12,986 nt of DNA. Origin: Candidatus Heimdallarchaeota archaeon. Its GTDB lineage: Archaea; Asgardarchaeota; Heimdallarchaeia; JABLTI01. Shown here piece after piece: positions 6,544 to 12,986 of this stretch (within the stretch, counting starts at the first letter, position 1; each line of letters begins with the position of its first letter). The stretch covers positions 1-12,986 of the forward strand of contig JAUWKS010000083.1 of the NCBI GenBank assembly GCA_030614005.1. Reading direction: 5' to 3'. A program made the position numbers and the translations under genes. The notes under the pieces are model-generated. The model ran no database searches, was not told where the DNA came from, and saw nothing but the letters and a program-made list of their open reading frames with translations.

Positions 6544-7830
6544 TTACTCTTTCACCAATTTAACCATATGACAGCTGCATGAGATGCATGGGTCATAAGC
6601 TCTAGCAATCATTTCCAAATGAAGTTCAGTATCAGGATTGTCTTCTGCTAATAATTTCTCTGCAGCCACCCAAATGTATTTTTCAATATCATCTAAGAAT
6701 TGAGCTGTAGGTGTAATAATATCTGCATTGACAATTTTTCCATCTTTGATTTCATATGTATGATATAAAGTACCTCTTGGTGCTTCTACTGCAGCGGTTG
6801 CTGTACCATCTAATACCTCAGGAATGACCATTTCAGGATCGGGTAAAGCTTTGATTTTTTCGATGAGAATTGGTATTTGTTCAAAAGCCCAGAGTGCTTC
6901 AATTGCCTGACATAAGTTATTATATATAGGATTTGACTTCCAGCTTTCATTGAAATATTTATCATACTTCTCTTTTGCTTCACCTGTTAATCTATCACCA
7001 ATTAAAGCAAGTCTTGCTAAAGCACTAACCGAGAAAGGTTTGTCTTGATATTTTGATCGTTTAGCATAACTATGAGGAACAACTCTTTCATTTGTCATTT
7101 TCTTGTATTCTTCTACTGGATATTCCTCACCTGTAGAAATAAGGATTGTATCTCCTTCAAAACCAAATTTACCATCAGCTGGATTACAGCACATGAAAGT
7201 AGTATCTCTAACACCATATTCTGGTATTGGTAATGTTGCCATAAGATCAATAATGGCTGATACCCAAGATTGATATTCTGCTGCGTTTTCAAGGAATTTG
7301 TCTAATTCTTCATTTGTTGGTATCCGTCCAAATCCACCAATTTGAGGATTCTCTCCGTGTATTTTTCTTCCCATAAGAAGTTGCATCAATTCTGTACCGT
7401 ATTTTTTCATTACAACTGCTTGAACCACAGTTTCTTTGTGAGTTGCTAGTAATGCAATAGCAGAAGGTTGCTTGAAGAAATCAGGTAAAGCTAGATAATA
7501 AACATGCAAAATGTGTGATTCTACATATTCAGCAAGATGCATAAGTTCTCTAAGCAGTTTAACCTTCTCAGGAACCTTTACTTTAAGGGCTTTTTCAATC
7601 GCTTTAATTGAAACATTTCTATGAGAAACTGTACAAATAGCACAGATTCGAGAGACTAAAGAAAGAGTTTCTGTGTATGTCTTCCCTCTAACAAGAGCTT
7701 CAATCATACGTGGTCCTTCAAAGATATCAACTAAGACTTTATCCACTTTACCATCTTTGGTAAAGACTTGAATTCCTCCGTCACCTTCTACTCGGGAAAT
7801 AACATCAACACTAATTGTTTTTTCAGCCAT
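6544..7830 (-). CDS. hydA: Group 3b [NiFe] hydrogenase (sulfhydrogenase) large/alpha subunit
   Basis: SRVEG, L1 RICAICTVSH, EAPRG, L2 RAYDPCISCSCH plus a 7-residue cleavable tail. ATG at 7830 is preferred over TTG 7836 because GGTGA (7841-7837) sits 6 nt upstream. BGDA gene order. Confidence 0.93.
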   Translation of the reverse strand: MAEKTISVDVISRVEGDGGIQVFTKDGKVDKVLVDIFEGPRMIEALVRGKTYTETLSLVSRICAICTVSHRNVSIKAIEKALKVKVPEKVKLLRELMHLAEYVESHILHVYYLALPDFFKQPSAIALLATHKETVVQAVVMKKYGTELMQLLMGRKIHGENPQIGGFGRIPTNEELDKFLENAAEYQSWVSAIIDLMATLPIPEYGVRDTTFMCCNPADGKFGFEGDTILISTGEEYPVEEYKKMTNERVVPHSYAKRSKYQDKPFSVSALARLALIGDRLTGEAKEKYDKYFNESWKSNPIYNNLCQAIEALWAFEQIPILIEKIKALPDPEMVIPEVLDGTATAAVEAPRGTLYHTYEIKDGKIVNADIITPTAQFLDDIEKYIWVAAEKLLAEDNPDTELHLEMIARAYDPCISCSCHMVKLVKE

Positions 7831-7832
7831 TT

Positions 7833-8624
7833 TCAATCACCTTTTAACGCTTGTTCGACTTTATTGCCGCCAAACAACTTCAATTTTCTAATTACTTCTT
7901 CTTCTGATAGACCAATTTCCTTTAATTTATCAATCATGGAAGGATAATTTGCACCTTCGTATGTACCAAAACAGCCTATACAGGAAATATCAATGCTGGG
8001 ACAGGTAGCGTTACAACCTGCAGCTGTTACTGGTCCTAAACAGTATTTTCCATGAAGTAAGAAACAATCATTTCCTTCATATTTACATTCAACACAAACT
8101 GGCATTGGATACTTTTGAGGTAATAAACCACTGATCAATTTTGTATAAATTGGAACAAAGTTTTCAGCAGAAATAGGACAGCCTGGAATCATGATATCGA
8201 CATCTATGTACTCACTGATTGGTTGAGCAGGTCTGGGTTGTCCTACAAGATCTAAAAATTCGGGAACCTCACCACTCTTACCATAGACATATTCCATTCT
8301 TTCTTTGAATGTTTCTACATCTTCACCAAGATATTGAATTCCACCATAGCAAGCGCATGTTCCAAGTGCAACAACAACGTCAGCCATCTCACGTATTTCT
8401 TTGAGTTCTTTTAGTTGCCTTTCAGTATTAATACTTCCTTCAACAAGTGCAATATCAACTTTTGGAACTTCTTGATGAGATTGAGCCATATGGAAAAATT
8501 TGATATCAGCACTTGTAAAGAAATCAATAGTACTATCTTCCATATGAAGAATAGCTAATTGGTCTCCTGCACATCCAGAAAAACCAAAAATACCAACGAC
8601 GGGTTTCTTTTCTCTTTGCCACAT
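7833..8624 (-). CDS. hydD: Group 3b [NiFe] hydrogenase small/delta subunit (Fe-S)
   Basis: SGCAGDQL, VEGSI, ALGTCACYGG, PGCP, PVCVEC...C...CLGPVTAAGCNATCP...CIGCFG. GGAG SD. Located between hydG and hydA. Confidence 0.92.
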   Translation of the reverse strand: MWQREKKPVVGIFGFSGCAGDQLAILHMEDSTIDFFTSADIKFFHMAQSHQEVPKVDIALVEGSINTERQLKELKEIREMADVVVALGTCACYGGIQYLGEDVETFKERMEYVYGKSGEVPEFLDLVGQPRPAQPISEYIDVDIMIPGCPISAENFVPIYTKLISGLLPQKYPMPVCVECKYEGNDCFLLHGKYCLGPVTAAGCNATCPSIDISCIGCFGTYEGANYPSMIDKLKEIGLSEEEVIRKLKLFGGNKVEQALKGD

Positions 8625-9485
8625 TTAGATCAACTCCTTGATGTGTTGAACATCATAATACGTGAAAACTGGTCCTTCTAAGCAAGTATATCTTCCTCCA
8701 ACTGCACAATGTCCACAGTGTCCCTGACCGCATTTCATTCGTCTTTCAAGTGTCATTAAAATCTGATCTTTTGGAATGTTAAGTTTTAACAATTCTTGAA
8801 TAACAAATTTATACATTATTGGAGGGCCGCAAATTATTGCGGTTGTATTCTCACTGTCTATTAGTTCTCCTAGTTTTGGGATTAATTGTGTAACGAAACC
8901 AACATTATAGGGCCATTCACCAGTATCATCTTCATCAACTGCTAGATGAGTATCAATAATCTGTCTTTGATTCATTGCGATAAAATCTCTCTTGTAAAGC
9001 ATATCCTTCGGACTTCTTGCTCCATTTAAGAAGAAAACCTTATTGTATTCTTCTCTTCTATCTTCTATATAGAGTAAAACAGATCGTAATGGTACTGCGC
9101 CTAATCCTCCTGAGACGATTATAAGATCTCTACCTCTCAGGTCTTCCATTTCAAAACCATCTCCATATGGACCTCTTATGTCAATTGTATCTCCTTTTTT
9201 GAGTTTGAAAAGAGCTTCTGTAAAAGATCCAACTTTTCGAATACCGAATTCTATGAAATCTCTTCTTGTTGGAGTTGAAGATAATGAGAATGTGGCTTCA
9301 CCTACTCCTGGGAGGGAAAAGATAACAAATTGTCCTGGTCTATATTGGAAATCTTTGTTCATAGTAATATCTTTACATCTTAACTTGAAGTATCTTGTAT
9401 CGTCAGTCAAATCTCGAATTGCTAAAATTTCAGCTGGTTGAGTCTTGTATGTACTGATTTCTTCTTTATCTTTTGATGCTGTCAT
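8625..9485 (-). CDS. hydG: Group 3b hydrogenase gamma subunit (FAD/NAD(P)-binding, [2Fe-2S])
   Basis: RPGQF, GEATFSLSS, IRGPYGDGF, SGGLGAVPLRS, GARSPKD, ICGPPIM, ERRMKCGQGHCGHC...TCLEGPVF. GGAGG SD. ATGA overlap with hydB. Confidence 0.93.
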   Translation of the reverse strand: MTASKDKEEISTYKTQPAEILAIRDLTDDTRYFKLRCKDITMNKDFQYRPGQFVIFSLPGVGEATFSLSSTPTRRDFIEFGIRKVGSFTEALFKLKKGDTIDIRGPYGDGFEMEDLRGRDLIIVSGGLGAVPLRSVLLYIEDRREEYNKVFFLNGARSPKDMLYKRDFIAMNQRQIIDTHLAVDEDDTGEWPYNVGFVTQLIPKLGELIDSENTTAIICGPPIMYKFVIQELLKLNIPKDQILMTLERRMKCGQGHCGHCAVGGRYTCLEGPVFTYYDVQHIKELI

Positions 9486-10528
9486 TGGTCACAAACCTCC
9501 TGTGTTTCGCAAACTTCTTCAAAGAGTGCATTGGAAACAGTTATTACATTTATGTCAACCGGACAGTAGGCTATACACCGACCACATCCAACACAGCTTG
9601 GTTGTCCCCATCTGCCAATGTATTCTTTCAATTTGTGTGTATAGTATAATTTCAATCTTGCAGTTCGATCAGGTCTAAAATCATGATTACCAGCTACCAT
9701 TGAATAATAAGGTAGAGTGCAACTGTCCAACATCCTTTCTCTAATTCCTTCTTCTGCATTCATCATTATTTTATCATCTACATGGAAACAGTTGCATGTT
9801 GGACATACCAAACTACATGTTCCACAAGACAGGCATTTTTCCCCGAATTGTTCCCAAACGTCACTATCATAGTTCAAATGTATTATATCTGCTAGATACT
9901 TATATGAGGGAATTGAGGTCGTGAACATACTTGATCTCTCTTGTTGCCATCTAACATATTCTTGAATCTCTTCTTCAGAAACATTTTCTTCAAGCAAATT
10001 CTCTGCTTCAATAGCGATACCTAGACCTTTGTCTGACCCTACCCATAGTAGGTAGAAGTCATCCAATTCTGTTAAAAATAGATCAAATCCATCTTCAACC
10101 ATATCTGTACCTGTAGATTGACAGACGCATTTATCATCTGGTAAACAAGAATGTCCGATAATTATTAGATTTTCACGTCTTTTAGCATAATATGGATCTT
10201 TGATATTTCCCAAGAACAATCTGTCCAATATCTTAATCGCATGAATATCACATGGATGAACTCCCATTACTATTTGTGGTTCATCATCTGGAAGAACTTC
10301 TGTTTGTCCAAATTTTACGAATCGTAAAGTTGAATATTTAGCAGGAGTAATAAACTTTTTCGGACTAATGATCGTTCTTTGATAGTCAAAATCTAACTCC
10401 GAAAAATCTTTAATTTCCTCAAAGGAATATTTCTCTTTTTGTTTAACTGGTCCAAAAAGCTTCCCCTTACTTTTTATTAGTTCTACGAACTCTGGAAACT
10501 TCTCTTTAGACATTTTATACGTCTTCAT
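9482..10528 (-). CDS. hydB: Group 3b hydrogenase beta subunit (4Fe-4S dicluster; AsrA/HydB family)
   Basis: GVHPCDIHAI...D, CLSCGTCSLVCPTCNCF and CVGCGRCIAYCPVDI ferredoxin motifs. First gene of the BGDA operon. Confidence 0.92.
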   Translation of the reverse strand: MKTYKMSKEKFPEFVELIKSKGKLFGPVKQKEKYSFEEIKDFSELDFDYQRTIISPKKFITPAKYSTLRFVKFGQTEVLPDDEPQIVMGVHPCDIHAIKILDRLFLGNIKDPYYAKRRENLIIIGHSCLPDDKCVCQSTGTDMVEDGFDLFLTELDDFYLLWVGSDKGLGIAIEAENLLEENVSEEEIQEYVRWQQERSSMFTTSIPSYKYLADIIHLNYDSDVWEQFGEKCLSCGTCSLVCPTCNCFHVDDKIMMNAEEGIRERMLDSCTLPYYSMVAGNHDFRPDRTARLKLYYTHKLKEYIGRWGQPSCVGCGRCIAYCPVDINVITVSNALFEEVCETQEVCDQ

Positions 10529-10545
10529 GTCAAATAATTTTTTTG

Positions 10546-10560
10546 TAGTATGTTTATAAG
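10546..10560 (-). promoter_or_regulatory. Candidate TATA-containing promoter of hydBGDA (probably leaderless mRNA)
   Basis: Minus strand CTTATAAACATACTA. TTATAAA ends 25 nt before the ATG at 10528. No SD in between. Confidence 0.5.
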
Positions 10561-10587
10561 GTAATCTAAATCGACATCTTAATTCAC

Positions 10588-10601
10588 AACTAAATTTAGT
10601 T
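10588..10601. promoter_or_regulatory. Perfect 14-bp palindrome AACTAAATTTAGTT, candidate transcription-factor site
   Basis: Reads identically on both strands. Lies about 28 bp upstream of the candidate hydB TATA box. Confidence 0.35.
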
Positions 10602-10766
10602 CAAATAATATCAATATAACTTTGCTAAAACGATGCCAAAACTCAATAAATTTTAAGTTTAGAGTTCACTGATAGATATCTTCTCTTGTGCATATTTTTA
10701 GCACATTAATTTAAGGAAATGAATGATATGCGAATTAATTGTTTAATTAGCTATTTTGTTTAATAG

Positions 10767-10791
10767 TAAGAAAAACTTATAACACATACTA
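10767..10791 (+). promoter_or_regulatory. Candidate BRE-TATA promoter of mvhGA
   Basis: TAAGAAAAA (purine-rich, BRE-like) directly followed by CTTATAACACATACTA, nearly identical to the hydB promoter motif on the opposite strand. Confidence 0.5.
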
Positions 10792-10948
10792 AATCTATTT
10801 TATTAATATAACATCTGCATAAACCTGCTTGAAAAGGCATCAATAACACTTTATGACACAATTCAGCGTTGAGTCATAGCCCTACACTTCTGAAGCTACT
10901 TTGTTACTTCACTAATATCTACTATATCTATTCCTACAAGGTGAATAA

Positions 10949-11959
10949 ATGAATATAGAGGAAATTGAAGAGGAAAATATAACTAATAATAATAAATTAA
11001 AATTAGCTTTTTATTGGGCTGCTAGCTGCGGAGGCTGTGAGATAGCAGTTTTAGACATAAATGAAAAAATATTAGATGTTGTGGCTATAGCTGATATTCT
11101 TTTCTGGCCAGTGGCAATTGACACTAAGTATAAAGATGTTGAAGAAATGGTGGATAAACATATTGATGTTTGTTTCTTCAATGGTTCAATAAGGACTTCA
11201 GAACAAGAACATTTAGCTCATCTTCTTAGAAAGAAATCTAAAACAATGGTAGCATTTGGCGCATGTGCAGTTAATGGGGGAATTCCTGGTTTAGCTAATT
11301 TAGCAAGCAGAGAAGAAATATTCAACGTTTCGTATCTAGATAATCCCTCAACTTCTAATCCTCAAAAAACTTTACCAAAAACATCAGTTGAAGTTAAAGA
11401 AGGAACGCTTACTCTTCCCGAATTTTATGATGAAGTTAAGAGTCTTAATCAAGTGATTGATGTTGATTACTACTTGCCTGGATGTCCACCTCATCCTGAT
11501 ATGATCATGACCGCAATAGGAGCAATTGCAGAAAATAAACTTCCTGAGAAAGGTTCTGTTTTAGGACCACTAAAGTCAGTCTGTGATGAGTGTAAATTTG
11601 AAAAAACAGAAAAGAAAATTGATTCAATTAAACGGATATATGAACTTGATTTTATCGAAGACAAATGTCTTCTAGAACAAGGAATTATATGTTTAGGTCC
11701 AGCTACGAGAGGTGGTTGTTATGCTCAATGTCTAGATGCATTTATGCCTTGCACTGGTTGTGGAGGACCAGCTCCAAATTCTATTGATCAGGGCGCAAGT
11801 ATGATGTCAGCATTAGCATCCATCCTTGGATTAGAAGGAGAGGAAGAGATGAAAGAAGAGGAAGTAGAGAAACTGATTGAACAAATAGTAGACCCAGTCG
11901 GCACTTTCTACAAATACAGTTTACCTACAGCAATAATTAACAGGAAAGTGCAAAAATGA
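10949..11959 (+). CDS. mvhG: Group 3c (F420-non-reducing/methyl-viologen-reducing) [NiFe] hydrogenase small subunit
   Basis: KLAFYWAASCGGCEIA, FFNGSIR, AFGACAVNGGIPGL, YYLPGCPP, VCDEC, CLLEQGIICLGPATRGGC...C...MPCTGCGGP. AGGTGA SD 4 nt before the ATG. Confidence 0.9.
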   Translation: MNIEEIEEENITNNNKLKLAFYWAASCGGCEIAVLDINEKILDVVAIADILFWPVAIDTKYKDVEEMVDKHIDVCFFNGSIRTSEQEHLAHLLRKKSKTMVAFGACAVNGGIPGLANLASREEIFNVSYLDNPSTSNPQKTLPKTSVEVKEGTLTLPEFYDEVKSLNQVIDVDYYLPGCPPHPDMIMTAIGAIAENKLPEKGSVLGPLKSVCDECKFEKTEKKIDSIKRIYELDFIEDKCLLEQGIICLGPATRGGCYAQCLDAFMPCTGCGGPAPNSIDQGASMMSALASILGLEGEEEMKEEEVEKLIEQIVDPVGTFYKYSLPTAIINRKVQK

Positions 11960-12986
11960 CAACAATAACAATAAATCCAATTACACGATTAGAGGGCCAT
12001 GGAAAAATAATTATCTTCCTCAATCCTGAGGGAGATGTTGATAATGTTTATCTTCAAATACCAGAATTGAGAGGTTTTGAAAGATTTGCTCAAGGGAGAA
12101 GAGCTGAGGATATGCCTCAAATTACTTCTAGAATTTGTGGTGTATGCCCTGTTGCACATCATTTTGCATCAGCAAAAGCATTGGATAGAGCATTCAATGT
12201 AGACCCCCCAGTTGTCGCTAAGAAGCTCAGAGAACTTATGTATAGTGGTTATTTTATCTATGACCACATCCTTCATTTCTATTATCTAGGGGGACCTGAT
12301 TTTATTGTGGGTCCAGATGCACCAGCTGCTAAAAGAAATATTTTAGGTGTAATAGAAAAAGCTGGATTAGAAATAGGAAAAGAAGTAATTAAACACAGAG
12401 CGTATGGTCAAAAAATCACTGCAATATTAGGGGGTAAAGCTACTCATCCCGTTTGTGGACTCCCTGGTGGTGTTTCTAAACCTCTTTCAGATGAGGAAGT
12501 AAATGATATCAAAACAATGGTTACATCTTGCATTGACTTTGCTCAATTCACGCTAAAGATTTTTGATGATATTGTTCTTAAAAATGAAGACTATGTGAAC
12601 CTTATATTAAGTGATCCTTACACATTGAAAACGTATAACATGGGTCTTGTGGATGAAAACAACAAAGTCAATTTCTATGATGGACTCATTAGAGTTACTG
12701 ATACTAAAGGTAAAGAATTCCTCAAATTTGATGTAAATGACTATTTTCAACATATAGATGAGCATGTTGAGGAGTGGAGTTATATTAAATTTCCATATCT
12801 GAAAAAGATTGGTTGGAAAGGTTTTGTTGATGGTCAAGAAAGCGGCATTTATCGAGTAGGACCACTTGGCAGATTAAATGCAGCAGATGGGATGGCAACA
12901 CCTTTAGCAGATGCAGAATACAAAAGAATGTATAAAACTTTAGGAGGAAAACCTATCAACTCTACATTAGCTTTTCATTGGGCAAG
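11956..12986 (+). CDS. mvhA: Group 3c [NiFe] hydrogenase large subunit, 3'-truncated by window end (not in ORF track)
   Basis: ATG overlaps the mvhG stop (ATGA). Manual translation is open to the end: MTTITINPITRLEGHGKI...PELRGFERFAQGR...ITSRICGVCPVAHH (L1, nt 12130-12159)...HFYYLGGPDFIVGP...GGKATHPVCGLPGGVSK...YRVGPLGRLN...TLAFHWA. Confidence 0.93.
   Translation, partial: MTTITINPITRLEGHGKIIIFLNPEGDVDNVYLQIPELRGFERFAQGRRAEDMPQITSRICGVCPVAHHFASAKALDRAFNVDPPVVAKKLRELMYSGYFIYDHILHFYYLGGPDFIVGPDAPAAKRNILGVIEKAGLEIGKEVIKHRAYGQKITAILGGKATHPVCGLPGGVSKPLSDEEVNDIKTMVTSCIDFAQFTLKIFDDIVLKNEDYVNLILSDPYTLKTYNMGLVDENNKVNFYDGLIRVTDTKGKEFLKFDVNDYFQHIDEHVEEWSYIKFPYLKKIGWKGFVDGQESGIYRVGPLGRLNAADGMATPLADAEYKRMYKTLGGKPINSTLAFHWA

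Noticed and set aside
4992-6571. Plus-strand ORFs 4992-5228, 5505-5714 and 6284-6571
   Set aside because: Antisense to the MFS and protease genes; no motifs.
9178-9678. ORFs 9178-9441 (+) and 9445-9678 (+)
   Set aside because: Antisense to hydG/hydB.
10719-10763. Short ORF MNDMRINCLISYFV with AAGGA upstream
   Set aside because: Only 14 codons, upstream of the candidate mvh TATA box, and expected by chance.
10852-10895. Possible SECIS-like element (AUGA...GA) and selenocysteine hydrogenase
   Set aside because: The helix after AUGA does not fit SECIS geometry, the HydA L2 Cys codons are TGC, and no in-frame TGA occurs in the visible hydrogenase genes. The mvhA C-terminus is outside the window and untested.
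10529-10948. Hidden mvhD (including a Sec-containing version), since the spacer is about MvhD-gene length
   Set aside because: No MvhD Cys motif or long frame is visible; the region is very AT-rich and promoter-like.
10529-10948. SurR-type GTT-N3-AAC sites as in Thermococcales hydrogenase promoters
   Set aside because: No such spacing found by eye; the palindrome is AAC-N8-GTT.
12607-12837. Minus-strand 76-aa ORF
   Set aside because: Lies antisense within mvhA, which is open throughout on the plus strand.

Overview
AT-rich archaeal-type window. The TATA/BRE-like promoters, GGTGA/GGAGG ribosome-binding sites and oligo-T terminator suggest an archaeon; an anaerobic, possibly Asgard-like host is a guess. 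Left to right: (1) the 3' part of a threonine-synthase-like (PLP fold type II) protein fused to a C-terminal PadR-type winged-helix domain; (2) a small secreted Asp/Gln/Cys-rich protein with periodic (D/N)G(T/N)C motifs; (3) a complete ECF vitamin-transporter operon (S component, fused double ATPase, EcfT); (4) a convergent GPH/MelB-family MFS symporter; (5) a minus-strand group 3b [NiFe] sulfhydrogenase operon hydB-G-D-A plus a maturation protease; (6) a 420-bp divergent intergenic region; (7) a group 3c Mvh-type [NiFe] hydrogenase, mvhG-mvhA. mvhA runs off the window end and is missing from the ORF track. The most interesting points are the enzyme-fold/PadR fusion near a possibly B6-type ECF transporter with a candidate operator, and the periodic Cys-repeat secreted protein. 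Also notable are an Asp-for-Cys proximal Fe-S motif in the 3b small subunit and a near-identical promoter motif shared by the two back-to-back hydrogenase operons. No tRNA/rRNA, CRISPR array or mobile element was seen.
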